Assembly (NCBI GenBank): GCA_033762915.1
Contig: JANRLD010000007.1
Span: 32,001-96,000, forward strand
Direction of reading: 5' to 3'
DNA: 64,000 bases
From: Meiothermus sp.
GTDB taxonomy: Bacteria > Deinococcota > Deinococci > Deinococcales > Thermaceae
The notes below the pieces were generated by a model. That model was not told the DNA's origin and did not search any database. It saw nothing but the letters and a program-made list of their open reading frames with translations. Positions 30,438 to 40,279 of this stretch are shown piece after piece. The number at the start of each line of letters is the position of its first letter. The first letter of the stretch is position 1. The translations under genes were made by a program, and so were the position numbers.

Positions 30438-33302
30438 TCAGGTTTGTTTGACCAAGGCTTTTTTCAGCCCACTGTAGGCTTCACGCCTAAACTCATCAAG
30501 CTCCCAAAGTTTGAGTAGCGATTGGGGTTCGGAAAGATTCTCGAGGGCTAGTGCGGCAAAGTAACGCACAAGGCTGTCTTCCTTAGGGTTCTGGGCGAGG
30601 GCGAGGAGGGCTTGGGCGACCCCTTCGACCCGCCCCAACTTCCCGAGGGCTTGTGCGGCATAGCCACGCACATGGCTGTCTTCCTCGGGGTTCTGGGAGA
30701 GGGCGAGGAGGGTTGGGGCGGCCTCTTCAACCCGCCCCAACTTCCCGAGGGCTTGTGCGGCAAAGTCACGCACACCGCTGTCTTCCTCGGGGTTCTGGGA
30801 GAGGGCGAGGAGGGTTTGGGCGGCCTCTTCGACCCGCCCCAACTTCCCGAGGGCTTGTGCGGCATAGCCACGCATAAGGCTGTCTTCCTCGGGGGTCTGG
30901 GCGAGGGCGAGGAGGGATTGGGCGGCCTCTTCGACCCGCCCCAACTGCCCGAGGGTTTGTGCGGCAAAGCGACGCAGATCGCTGTCTTCCTTGGGGTTCT
31001 GGACGAGGGCGAGGAGGGTTTGGGCGGCCTCTTCGACCCGCCCCAACTGCCCGAGGGCTTGTGCGGCAAAGCGACGCACATCGCTGTTTTCCTTGGGGTT
31101 CTGGACGAGGGTGAGGAGGACTTGAGCTGCTTGGGGATTGTCTTCAAACAGTCCAAGGCTACGGATGGCATCAATGCGGAGGAGGGTGAGGGTTGGGCGG
31201 CTGGTTGCCAGTTGACCCAAGCGGTCAACCACCTCTTGGCGAATCTGGTGGGCACTTTCAGTGACATCGGCCAAAATTTGCGCGGCCAGGAATAGGTTTC
31301 GTTGGAGAATGGGTTCGTATATGTCGGGTGCTTGGGTTAGGATTTTCTCGACCAGTTTTGATACAAACTTGTCGCTCTGGCTTTTTTCACCGCACAGCAG
31401 CAGAATTACTTCGCGCCAGTTTGGGTGGTGCAGTTTGGGCTGTATTTCTTCCCAAATGCCGGGTACACCGTCGTCGTCGCGGCGGTTTAGGATGTCGGTT
31501 GCAGCCAGGTATTCCCGAAAGGTCTGGTGAACAAAGGAGTAGCTGCCCTGGCCTTGCTCGTAGAGCAGCCCGGTTCGCTTTTCGGTGTAGTCCACAAAGC
31601 GTTCGGCCTCTTCTTTGCAGTCCTCCTTAATGAGGCGTTGGTCTTCTAGGTCGTAGATAACCTCTCGAACCAGCCGCTTGAGTTCGTCGGTCTCGAGGGC
31701 TGGGTTGGCGTTGCCGGGGGTCACGCTGTTTTGTAGGTTGAAGGCGATCCGCTCGAGGATGCGCCGCCGCCGCTTGTAGTAGGGTCGTTCGGCATCGCTG
31801 GGGATGCGCTCTTGCACGCTGTCCCAGGTGTCGGTCATGGTCCCGACGCTGCGCTGGTAGAGTTGGGCGCGCTGCTGGGGCAGCTTGTGGCCGTCGCGGT
31901 GTACCAGGGCGATGATGGTCAGCAGAAGGGGATTTTTGGCCAAGTCGGCAATGCGGGGGTTGCGGCTGGGGTCCAGCTCCGCCAGCAGGTCGGCGGTTCG
32001 TTGCTCCCGCTTGGGTGTGTCGCTGGGCAAGGCTTGGGTGTACCACTTGCCTACAAAGCTCTGAATTTGTTCGGGCGTGAAGGGCTCGAGGGTCACTTCC
32101 TCGGCTTGCCCAAGGGTGATGGGGGCTGCACCGTAGCCGACTATTCGGGAGCTAATCAGATAGGTGTGTTGGGGATAGAGCTGGATAAATCTCTGCACCT
32201 GGTCGCGCACCTTGATGCGGTCGGGGGTTTGGCTTACTTCGTCGAGGCCGTCAAAGCAAATCAGACAACTGCCACTGGTGAGCTTCTGCTCGAAAAAGTC
32301 GGCGGACAGCTCGAGTTGAAAGCTATTGGAGGCAAACTCTTCGATAAACTCACGGATTTTGCCGCTCCCTTGCCGGGCGTAATGGCTGAGTTGAACAAAG
32401 ACGGGGAAAAGGTTCTGGCTGTCTGCCTCTTCAATTACCCGCCGCCGGAGCAGCAAGCTTTTGCCCGCACCAGGGTCGCCCAAGACCACAATCAGCTTGT
32501 GTTTTGGCAGAAAATCCCGCAGCTCGACGGTTTCAACCCTGGTGGAATCTACTTCGAAAGACCGCGCCAATTGCTCTGGCGATTCGCCCGATTTTCCTGC
32601 CTCGTCCACCCGACGGGCAAACTCGGCATCAGAATGGTATAGGAGAGCCTTGCGCCCAAGGTTGCGTTTTGCGCGTAGGTCTATGGCCAGTGTGTGGATA
32701 GGAATTTCTGGCTGGGCCGAGCGGAAGGGGATTCCCGCAAACCCAACGTACCCGTAGCGCTGTTGCACTTGCCGCAGGTAGTCGCTGTCGTCGTGAATTC
32801 CCTTTTTACCAAAATAGGTCTCGAGCAGTTGGCGAATCTCGTTGAGGTTTAGTAACTCGCCAAAGCCCTGAATGCTAAACAACTCGTGGCGCAGTTTGCC
32901 CACCAGCGCGCCGATAACCCGCTCTACTTGGCTCCGTTCGACGTTGTTGGCTTGTCCCAGGGTCTGAAAGTTCAGCTTTTCTTGTACATTGCGAATCAGC
33001 TTCTGCTCATGTCTTGATTCTTTGTGGATTGCAGCTCGAGCCACCAACTGCCCCAGCACATTGCGCCCGTGGTCGTCGGTTGCGCTCCCCAGGGCTTTCA
33101 ATACTTTTTGCGCTTCGCCATCTATCGAAAACTGTGCCAGCGAGGCTTCTACTGCCTCGCGGATTTGGGCTTCGGGCAACGCTTGAGCGGGCTTCTTGCC
33201 CTGAACACGCTCGAGAATTTGCTTGCCACCTTCTTGTAAGACCCCATTCCAGAGTCCCGTAATTGCCGAAGTGAGTAAGGCAACAAGTATTGGTTCAGCC
33301 AT
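30438..33302 (-). CDS. NACHT NTPase with C-terminal HEAT-like repeats (NLR-like STAND protein)
   Basis: Walker A GDPGAGKS, Walker B ICFDGLDEV, NPLLL, FVHQTFREYLAA; 34-aa helical repeats; visibly AT-richer than neighbours. Confidence 0.9.
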   Translation of the reverse strand: MAEPILVALLTSAITGLWNGVLQEGGKQILERVQGKKPAQALPEAQIREAVEASLAQFSIDGEAQKVLKALGSATDDHGRNVLGQLVARAAIHKESRHEQKLIRNVQEKLNFQTLGQANNVERSQVERVIGALVGKLRHELFSIQGFGELLNLNEIRQLLETYFGKKGIHDDSDYLRQVQQRYGYVGFAGIPFRSAQPEIPIHTLAIDLRAKRNLGRKALLYHSDAEFARRVDEAGKSGESPEQLARSFEVDSTRVETVELRDFLPKHKLIVVLGDPGAGKSLLLRRRVIEEADSQNLFPVFVQLSHYARQGSGKIREFIEEFASNSFQLELSADFFEQKLTSGSCLICFDGLDEVSQTPDRIKVRDQVQRFIQLYPQHTYLISSRIVGYGAAPITLGQAEEVTLEPFTPEQIQSFVGKWYTQALPSDTPKREQRTADLLAELDPSRNPRIADLAKNPLLLTIIALVHRDGHKLPQQRAQLYQRSVGTMTDTWDSVQERIPSDAERPYYKRRRRILERIAFNLQNSVTPGNANPALETDELKRLVREVIYDLEDQRLIKEDCKEEAERFVDYTEKRTGLLYEQGQGSYSFVHQTFREYLAATDILNRRDDDGVPGIWEEIQPKLHHPNWREVILLLCGEKSQSDKFVSKLVEKILTQAPDIYEPILQRNLFLAAQILADVTESAHQIRQEVVDRLGQLATSRPTLTLLRIDAIRSLGLFEDNPQAAQVLLTLVQNPKENSDVRRFAAQALGQLGRVEEAAQTLLALVQNPKEDSDLRRFAAQTLGQLGRVEEAAQSLLALAQTPEEDSLMRGYAAQALGKLGRVEEAAQTLLALSQNPEEDSGVRDFAAQALGKLGRVEEAAPTLLALSQNPEEDSHVRGYAAQALGKLGRVEGVAQALLALAQNPKEDSLVRYFAALALENLSEPQSLLKLWELDEFRREAYSGLKKALVKQT
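30540..31131 (-). repeat. 102-bp tandem repeat encoding HEAT-like units (5 full plus 1 partial)
   Basis: CTTC(G/A)ACCCGCCCCAACT recurs at 30623, 30725, 30827, 30929, 31031. Confidence 0.92.
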
Positions 33303-33365
33303 ATAGGTTCTAGGATACTAGAGGCCAAGTTGCTTGGCTCGAGTCGTAGAACTGCTCGATGTGTT

Positions 33366-34085
33366 TCATTTGCCCGACTTATCGCCGGAGGCTTTGACGG
33401 CCGGGGTCAGCTCGCGCAGCAGGGCCAGGCGCAGGCGGGAGATTTCGATCTCGAGGCGGTTCTGCTGGGTGTCCAGCTCGTCGCGCAGCTTGATGATCTC
33501 CTCGACGCCCGCCAGGTTCACGCCCAGCTCCTGGGTCAACCGCCGAATCTCGCGCAGCTTCTCCACGTCGCGCTCGGAGTACAGGCGGGTCTTGCCGGAG
33601 GTGCGGCTGGGGGCCACCAGGCCCTCGCGCTCGTAGAGGCGGAGGGTCTGGGGGTGCATGTCCACCAGCTCGGCGGCCACCGAGATGATGTATACGGGGC
33701 GATCCTTGTCGTCGGCCTTTTTCTTGCCCTTGCCCTCGCTGGCGGGGGGCAGGGCGGGCGGGTTGCGGAAGGACTCGAGCTTCTCGCCCAGCTCGGACTT
33801 GAGCCGCTCGGCCTCGTCGCGGAAGCGGGTCTCGAGGCTCCACAGCTCGTCGCGTAGTTTGATAATCTCCTCGACGCCCGCCAGATTCACGCCCAGCTCC
33901 TGGGTCAGCCGCCGGATCTCGCGCAGCTTCTCCACGTCGCGCTCGGAGTACAGGCGGGTCTTGCCGCCGGAGCGCTTGGGCTCGATCGGGCCCTTGCGCT
34001 CGTAGAGGCGTAGGGTTTGGGGGTGCATGTCCACCAGCTCGGCGGCCACCGAGATGATGTATACGGGACGGTCTTTTTTGTCCAT
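33366..34085 (-). CDS. hspR: Heat-shock repressor HspR, fused tandem MerR domains
   Basis: Two copies of [42 protein letters not shown]. Confidence 0.9.
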   Translation of the reverse strand: MDKKDRPVYIISVAAELVDMHPQTLRLYERKGPIEPKRSGGKTRLYSERDVEKLREIRRLTQELGVNLAGVEEIIKLRDELWSLETRFRDEAERLKSELGEKLESFRNPPALPPASEGKGKKKADDKDRPVYIISVAAELVDMHPQTLRLYEREGLVAPSRTSGKTRLYSERDVEKLREIRRLTQELGVNLAGVEEIIKLRDELDTQQNRLEIEISRLRLALLRELTPAVKASGDKSGK

Positions 34086-34089
34086 ACAA

Positions 34090-34109
34090 GTTGAGTCCAG
34101 CAAAGCAAG
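34090..34109. promoter_or_regulatory. Degenerate HAIR-like operator upstream of hspR
   Basis: TTGAGT half-site plus imperfect AAGCAAG; consensus is CTTGAGT-N7-ACTCAAG and the spacing here is imperfect. Confidence 0.4.
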
Positions 34110-34188
34110 TGCTTTGTTAACGACAGTATACGAAACTTTAGCCGATTCCGCCCTCGAGGCTCCTGCACGGGTCCGGCACCCCGCCGGT

Positions 34189-35016
34189 TCAGCCGGCCAG
34201 CACCGAGCGCATCCAGGGGGCCAGATCGGTCAGGGAGGCCATCGGTGGAAGGGAGGCGGCCAGACGGCCGGCCACGATCAGCGGGACCGGGTTGGTGGTG
34301 TGCTGGGTGTGCCAGGGTTCCTCGGCGTTTCCGTGGTCGGCGGTGAGGACCAGGGTGGCGGCGGGGGTGGCCCCCAGAAAACCCCGCACGAAGGCGTCCA
34401 GCTCGACGAAACGCGCCCCCAGCTCCTGGGGCAGCCGGTGGGCCGAGTAGTCCAGCGACCAGTTCTCGAGGATGCTCAGGTCGTGCCGCCCGGCAACCAT
34501 CGCGAACCGCTGGCCTGCGGCCTCAGGGTCGGGCCAGAAGGCCGGGGCGATGGCCTCGGGGTGGCTGGTGGGCAGGAGGCTCAGCCCTGCTGCCTGGGCT
34601 GCGAAAGCGAAACTGCTCAGCATGTTGCGGCGACTGTCCAAAACCCGCTCCAAATACTCGGGTCGGTAGCTGTTGGCGTGGATCACCCGCAGGCCCTTTT
34701 GCCGTGCCCAGACCTGGATGCTGTCCTGGCGCAACAGCGCTTGCAGCCGGGTCAGCGGGTGCGGCCCCTGGTGGTAGCCCAGGTGTGCTGCGGCATTAAG
34801 CCCGGTGAGCAGGGCGGTCTGGCCGGTTCCCGACTGGGGCAGGCCCTCGACCCCCAGACTCGCGTCCAGTACCCGGTAGGCGACGCCCGGGGTGTCGAAG
34901 GGTCGAGGGCTGAAGCCCTGGGTGAGCCGGTTTAGCGTGGGCAGCTCGAGGGTTCGCAGCGGGCTGCGGGGGTCACTCGAGAGGCCCATTCCGTCCACGA
35001 ACACGAACGCGAGCAT
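34189..35016 (-). CDS. Metalloenzyme superfamily protein (phosphoglycerate mutase/phosphopentomutase-like)
   Basis: [33 protein letters not shown]. Confidence 0.82.
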   Translation of the reverse strand: MLAFVFVDGMGLSSDPRSPLRTLELPTLNRLTQGFSPRPFDTPGVAYRVLDASLGVEGLPQSGTGQTALLTGLNAAAHLGYHQGPHPLTRLQALLRQDSIQVWARQKGLRVIHANSYRPEYLERVLDSRRNMLSSFAFAAQAAGLSLLPTSHPEAIAPAFWPDPEAAGQRFAMVAGRHDLSILENWSLDYSAHRLPQELGARFVELDAFVRGFLGATPAATLVLTADHGNAEEPWHTQHTTNPVPLIVAGRLAASLPPMASLTDLAPWMRSVLAG

Positions 35017-35098
35017 CGGGCCTAGCATAGCAACCCTATCCCCGCTCACACACCGGCCATCGCCGAAGGGGTCAAGATATCGGCTGGAGGTAATACAC

Positions 35099-35518
35099 AT
35101 GGCCGTCCGTTCCGCAGAAGCCAACTGGCAGGGCACACTCAAGGAAGGCAAGGGGCACCTCAAGCTCGAGAGCGGGGCCTGGGAAGGCGCCTACACCTGG
35201 CGCACCCGCTTCGGCGAGGAGAAGGGGGCCAACCCCGAGGAGCTGATCGCTGCCGCCCACTCCGGCTGCTTTACCATGTTCCTCTCAGCGCTCCTGACCG
35301 GCAACGGCACCCCGCCCGAGGCCCTGGACACCACCGCCAAGGTTCACATCGTGGACGGCCCCACCATCAGCAAGATTGAGTTGCACCTCACGGGCAAGGT
35401 GCCCGGCCTCACCGCCGAGCGTTTTGCCGAGCTGGCCGCCGAGGCCACGGCCAAGTGTCCGGTCTCCAAGGCCCTGGCCGCCGTGTCCGAGATCACCCTG
35501 GATGCCACGCTGGTTTGA
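35099..35518 (+). CDS. osmC: OsmC family peroxiredoxin
   Basis: NPEELIAAAHSGCF..KCPVSKAL; GGAGG RBS. Confidence 0.92.
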   Translation: MAVRSAEANWQGTLKEGKGHLKLESGAWEGAYTWRTRFGEEKGANPEELIAAAHSGCFTMFLSALLTGNGTPPEALDTTAKVHIVDGPTISKIELHLTGKVPGLTAERFAELAAEATAKCPVSKALAAVSEITLDATLV

Positions 35519-35535
35519 TTGGCCCAGATGAGCAG

Positions 35536-35572
35536 GTCGGCTCGAGAGCAGCCTCTCGAGCCGACTTTCTTG
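35536..35572. terminator. Hairpin terminator between convergent genes
   Basis: GTCGGCTCGAGAG-cagc-CTCTCGAGCCGAC then TTTCTT. Confidence 0.7.
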
Positions 35573-35748
35573 TTGCCGTGTGCTGCACAAGTGGCCAGAG
35601 ACGATTCTTTGCTTACCCAGTTGAGCGCTTCCCGGCGACGCTATGGTGAGAATCGTCAATGCCCGGGCCAGCAGCCGGTTTCGGTTGCGCCTGTCCGCTG
35701 CCTTCTCGAGAATCTTCTGCGCCTCATGGGCCTTCGAAGGGTGGGGTC

Positions 35749-38145
35749 TCAGCCCAGCTTCCCCTCGCGGCACGCGTCGCGCACCCGGCACTCCCGGCAG
35801 CGAAACCCCGGACGGGGCTCGACCAGTCCAGCACCGAACCTCGAGCCAGCCTCCCGCACGTTCGAGGTCAGGCGTTCGAGCACGCTCCATACCTTTTCAA
35901 TCGGCCGGTCGTAGACCAGCACCGGCTCGCCCAGCACTGGCCAGGCCCACAGGCTGACTTGGGTGATGCGGCCCTTAAAGGCTTGCAGCAGATAGGCCGC
36001 CGCCCAGCGCTCGGCCCAGCGGCTGCGGACGATGGCCTCGGCGTCTTCGGGGTGCAGGTTCGGCTCGACGAAGCGGTAGATGTGGGTCTCGCTGCCTTTG
36101 CGCAGCACGCCGTCCAGCCGGGCCTCGACGTTCTGGCCCTCGAGCCGGAACCCCAGGCTGAGTTCGGCCAGCCTTCTCTGGTGGTGCCGCAGCCAGCCCT
36201 CGGCCTCGGGGAACTGCCGGGCCAGCCCCTCGAGCCGCGCTGGAACCAGCTTGTCGGCCTTGCGCAGCTCGCGCACCAGTTGCCGCCACCACAGCTTCTC
36301 CTGAAGCGGTTCGGCGAACTGCTCGGCCCAGTACTGCAAGCCGCACTCGCTGTAGCGTTTTAGGGCCTCGACGCTGGGCTTGCCCAGGCTCACCAGCCCC
36401 AGCGGGGCGGTGTAGCGCCGGGACAGGGCCAGCTCGAGCACGCTGGCGGGCGGCATCGGGGGGATGGGGGGAAGCACCCCCCCGGCGTGAGCGGGGAGAA
36501 GTCCGGGCTCGGGCTCCAGTGGCCCCTCCTGGCTGGCCTCGGGGTAGGTGATGACCACCTCCTTGGCGCGGGTCTGGAGCTCGGCCAGCAGCAGGCGGTC
36601 GCGGCCCTGGAAGCGTTTTGGCAAGAGCGAGGAGGGGGGCGGGGGGAGGGCAGAATGGGCAGTTGAGGTCGAGGCTGCGACCGGTTCGTGGCGCGTGCGC
36701 AGGCCTTGCAGGATTTCCTCGAGGCTCTGCCGCAACTCCTCGGGGACGAAGTAGTCCTCGCGTTCACCGCTGCCGTAGGCCCCCTCGACGGCGTAGCAGA
36801 GGTAGAGCTTTTTCCAGCGCCGGCCCGAGGCCAGGGTGGGGGTAAGCAGGGCCACGCCGCCCGCAGGCCGGTGGAAGTCCTGGGTCTCGGAGAGCAGGGC
36901 ACTCCACCAGCTTCGGAAGCCGGGGCCGCTGGCGATGCGCTCGGCCTCCTTGGCCCGCTCCAGCAGCACCATCCGGCGTGGGCTGTGGCGCACCTCGGGC
37001 AGCGCGTCCATCAGTTCGGCGGCCCAGTCCATCATCCGGCCCTTGGGCTCGAGGCGCTCCAACCAGGCCGTCCAGACCCCGCTCATGCCCACCTCTGCCG
37101 CCAGACGGTGGATGGCCTCGCGCCCCACCAGCCCTCGCTCGAGCGCCGCCTTGCCCAGTGGGGCCAGGTCGGGGATGGCCAGCAGGCGGGTCGGGGTGGG
37201 ATAGTCGGGCAGCTCCAGCAACTCCAGCAGCAGCCGCCCCTCGGGGGTTTCGGCCGCTGTGGTCGCACTCTGATCCACCAGCGGCACGCCGTACTCGTCG
37301 GCCAGAGTCAGCAACGCCGGAATCCGGGAGGTCGGGGCCAGCACCGCTACCTCGAGCACCCCCATCCCCAGGGCCAGGTCCCGCTTGAGCGAGCGCATGA
37401 TCCACCGCGCCTCGCTGACCGGGTTGGGAGCCTTGAAGACTTTTGGGGGCGCAGGAGAAACCCCGCTCCTCGTGCCGCCACCTTCTCCTTTGCTCTTTCC
37501 TCTACCCTCCGAACCCTCAGGCTCATCCGGTAGCGAGACCCGCACCTCGACCTGCCGGCCCAGCGCGCTGAGGAAGCGCAGCTCGAGCGGGCTCAGCTCG
37601 CGGAAGCCGTCCACGATTACCAGGTCGGCCTCGAGGGTGACGGGGCCGCGCTCGACGAGCTCAAGCGCGGCGCTGCGGAAGTCGTCATAGTCCCAGCGGC
37701 CCCAGGCGGCTTTGAGTTCTTCGTAGCGGGCGAAGATGCGTTGCAGGCGGCGGGACTCGGGGCTTGCGGCGGGGATTTCGGCGGGCCTCAGGCCGTAGCG
37801 CTTGGCCTCGGCGATGGCGCGGGCGAAGAGGCGGGCCTCGCCGGGGCTGGGTAGGTCGCCGCCGGGGGAGATCAGGGCCTCGCCGGTCAGGGCGATGCGG
37901 CCCGGCCCGGTCAGGATCGGCTGAAGGCGGAAATTGGCGGCCAGAATGCGGTAGTACACCTGCTGGCTGGTCAGCACCTCGAGGCCCAGCACCGCCCCGG
38001 TCTCGGTGGCCCGCCGATACACAAAGGCCTTCTGTGCGGGCAGGCAGACCCACCACACCCGCTTGCGTACAGCCAAAAAGCGCCGCGCTACCTCGAGCAG
38101 CCGCGTGGTCTTGCCCGAGGCCAGCGGCCCGGTCAGCAGGTTCAC
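35749..38145 (-). CDS. AddB/RexB-like protein (helicase-like N-terminus, PD-(D/E)xK-like C-terminus with Fe-S cysteines)
   Basis: GPLASGKT, VIVDGF, C..CRECRVRDAC; TAGAAT 6 nt before GTG. Confidence 0.72.
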   Translation of the reverse strand: MNLLTGPLASGKTTRLLEVARRFLAVRKRVWWVCLPAQKAFVYRRATETGAVLGLEVLTSQQVYYRILAANFRLQPILTGPGRIALTGEALISPGGDLPSPGEARLFARAIAEAKRYGLRPAEIPAASPESRRLQRIFARYEELKAAWGRWDYDDFRSAALELVERGPVTLEADLVIVDGFRELSPLELRFLSALGRQVEVRVSLPDEPEGSEGRGKSKGEGGGTRSGVSPAPPKVFKAPNPVSEARWIMRSLKRDLALGMGVLEVAVLAPTSRIPALLTLADEYGVPLVDQSATTAAETPEGRLLLELLELPDYPTPTRLLAIPDLAPLGKAALERGLVGREAIHRLAAEVGMSGVWTAWLERLEPKGRMMDWAAELMDALPEVRHSPRRMVLLERAKEAERIASGPGFRSWWSALLSETQDFHRPAGGVALLTPTLASGRRWKKLYLCYAVEGAYGSGEREDYFVPEELRQSLEEILQGLRTRHEPVAASTSTAHSALPPPPSSLLPKRFQGRDRLLLAELQTRAKEVVITYPEASQEGPLEPEPGLLPAHAGGVLPPIPPMPPASVLELALSRRYTAPLGLVSLGKPSVEALKRYSECGLQYWAEQFAEPLQEKLWWRQLVRELRKADKLVPARLEGLARQFPEAEGWLRHHQRRLAELSLGFRLEGQNVEARLDGVLRKGSETHIYRFVEPNLHPEDAEAIVRSRWAERWAAAYLLQAFKGRITQVSLWAWPVLGEPVLVYDRPIEKVWSVLERLTSNVREAGSRFGAGLVEPRPGFRCRECRVRDACREGKLG

Positions 38146-38247
38146 GGGCTGATTCTACCGTTGCGCGTGGGAGGCGATGAACCAGAGGGGAGGAGGCCAG
38201 GGGCAGGAGGGACACCAACCCGCACATCCCGTAGTGCCCCCTCCTTC

Positions 38248-38814
38248 CTACGGTCGTGTCTGTATCGCGGGCACCTCGAGGGGATAGCGCAACGCCGAGC
38301 GGGAGTAGACCAGAAACCACCTTGGGTCGCCGAGGGGCTCGAAGCGAAGGTTGAGGCGGAACACGCCGACCACCCGGCCCTGGTGGGTGATGAAGCAGCG
38401 GTAGCCCCGAGGCTCGCCGACAAACCAGTTGCCCAGGTTAAGGTTCTGACCCAGGTTGTCGAAGCGGCGCTGCAACGCCGCCAGGATGCGGTTGCGGTCG
38501 GCGACCGGGCGTAGGGGCTGGAGGGCGGAGTCCTCGAGGCCCAGTTGCACGGGCTGAAGGTCCGCGTCGAGGGTCAGGCGAACCACCAGGGTCCCGCTCG
38601 TCCCCAGCACCAGCCGAACCGCGAAGCCGCCCTGCCCCACCCGCTCGGCGTACATGAACTGCGGGCGCAGGCTCGAGAAGACGGCCTGGCAGCGATCCAA
38701 AACCTGCTGGTTGTCGGGCGGCGGGCTCGAGTTGACCTGCGCCAGCGCACCGCCCAGCCCCATCAGCGCGATGAGGGCGAGGTGGGCGTAGCTTTTGGCG
38801 AGGGGCGTTTGCAC
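38248..38814 (-). CDS. Secreted hypothetical protein
   Basis: GAGG RBS before GTG 38814; signal peptide ending ALA|Q. Confidence 0.65.
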   Translation of the reverse strand: MQTPLAKSYAHLALIALMGLGGALAQVNSSPPPDNQQVLDRCQAVFSSLRPQFMYAERVGQGGFAVRLVLGTSGTLVVRLTLDADLQPVQLGLEDSALQPLRPVADRNRILAALQRRFDNLGQNLNLGNWFVGEPRGYRCFITHQGRVVGVFRLNLRFEPLGDPRWFLVYSRSALRYPLEVPAIQTRP

Positions 38815-39108
38815 GGTTTTCCTCGGGCCAACAGGGGGCACCGGTGGCGGTGGGGGCAGGGGCTCTGGGGGGGCTGGGGCTGGTCTTTCATGGCCTTACT
38901 GTGCGGCCTGTACCTTAAGTAACTTACCCGCGGAGGCTGAAGCAAAGCTTAAAGCCCAGGTCGTGCGTCGCGGGAAAAACAGCACCCTAGGGCCTGAGCG
39001 GGGAGTGCGACCTTGAGGCGGTTGACCCGTTCAGGGGGTGGGTCCGCTCGAGGCGCGGTCAGCCGGTCTTTGGGCCAGACTCAGCTTCGGCGATTACAAG
39101 ATGGGCGC

Positions 39109-39426
39109 ATGGAAAGAGTCGAGATACCCAGGGCCGTGCGGGAGGCGGCGCGGCGGGGCCTCGAGCTGCGCCAACAGTTCGGGCGCGGCGGCAGCGCGGC
39201 GGGCGAGCAGACCGCCCGCAAGCTCTGCGAGGGCCATGCGCTGCCGCTCGAGGAGGTGCGCCGCATCGCCCAGAACTTCTCCCGCCACACCGGCGACCTG
39301 GATCGGGACGGCTCCGACGGTGGCCCGCCCTCCAGCGGTTACATCGACTGGATGCTGTGGGGCGGCGATGTGGGCCGCGAGTGGAGCCTGGGCGCTTTGG
39401 AGCGCCGGGAAGGGGATGAGCGATGA
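39109..39426 (+). CDS. Hypothetical protein with WxLWGGD motif
   Basis: AARRGLELR..GRGG..ARKL..FSRH..PSSGYIDWMLWGGDVG. Confidence 0.75.
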   Translation: MERVEIPRAVREAARRGLELRQQFGRGGSAAGEQTARKLCEGHALPLEEVRRIAQNFSRHTGDLDRDGSDGGPPSSGYIDWMLWGGDVGREWSLGALERREGDER

Positions 39427-39641
39427 CCGAGCTGCACAAAGGCGCGACCGTGACCTGGCCGTGGGGCCTGGGCTTTGCCAAGGGCAAGGTGCGTGAGATT
39501 CACCCCGGCGTGGTGCGCCAGTCGGTGCGGGGCGAGACGGTGATCTGCGAAGGTACGCCTGAGGATCCGGCGGTGGTGGTGGAGCAGGCCGACGGGAGTG
39601 AGGTGGTGAAGCTGGCCAGCGAGTTGAACGTGACGGGGTAA
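39423..39641 (+). CDS. DUF2945 / Hva1 Tudor-like small protein
   Basis: KGATVTWPWG..GKVRE..GTPEDPAVVVEQADG..VKLASEL; ATGA overlap. Confidence 0.75.
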   Translation: MTELHKGATVTWPWGLGFAKGKVREIHPGVVRQSVRGETVICEGTPEDPAVVVEQADGSEVVKLASELNVTG

Positions 39642-39755
39642 AGGACCTTTGGCGGGGCGCTTGCTCTGCGCCCTTGAGTCGCGATAATTGGGCTTCGCTT
39701 AATCTGGGGTCGGCCCTTTTGCGAATTCGTGGCCGATGCGGCAGAATAGGGGTCT

Positions 39756-40247
39756 ATGGATCCTTACCGCGAATATCAGGACTACGTGATGGCCTTCCGG
39801 CTGCGCGAAGCCCTGGGTTATCCGCCCGGTAAGTGCTATCCGCTGAACGAGTACGCCACCCTTCGCCTGCGCCGCAGCGAGCTGGTGCGCAAGCTGGTAG
39901 CGGTTCAGGGCGACCCCGCCCTGCTCTCGCGCATCGAGCAGATCACCGAGGACCTCAACTACGGCTTCTGGTCGAACCCCGGCGTGCTCAAGGGCTTCCT
40001 GCGCCGCCTCGCACCGGTACACTACCCCGTCCTCGAGTCCCCCCAGACCTTCGAGGCCCTGCTCACCGCCGGCGAGCGCGGAAGGCTGTCCCAGCCGGGT
40101 GCAGCCGGCGCCTACTACCTGGGCTGGCTCGAGCTGCCCGGCCTGGTTCACGACCCTGTGGCCTTCGAGGAGGCCCTGCACCGCCAGAAGACCAAGGGCG
40201 AGGCGCTGGGGCTGTTCATAGACGAGTTCAACAAAGTTGCAGGCTAG
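39756..40247 (+). CDS. Conserved hypothetical protein
   Basis: 163 aa ORF with host-like codon usage. Confidence 0.75.
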   Translation: MDPYREYQDYVMAFRLREALGYPPGKCYPLNEYATLRLRRSELVRKLVAVQGDPALLSRIEQITEDLNYGFWSNPGVLKGFLRRLAPVHYPVLESPQTFEALLTAGERGRLSQPGAAGAYYLGWLELPGLVHDPVAFEEALHRQKTKGEALGLFIDEFNKVAG

Positions 40248-40279
40248 GCTCAGGGCTGCCTGGACGGGTTGTGCGCACC

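Noticed and set aside
30540..31131. 102-bp periodic repeat as CRISPR or a non-coding array
   Set aside because: It is in-frame coding sequence for HEAT-like repeats
38815..38891. Frameshift or phase variation at a G7 run extending the 38248 ORF to an ATG at 38891
   Set aside because: GTG 38814 has a good RBS and yields a normal signal peptide, so no frameshift is needed
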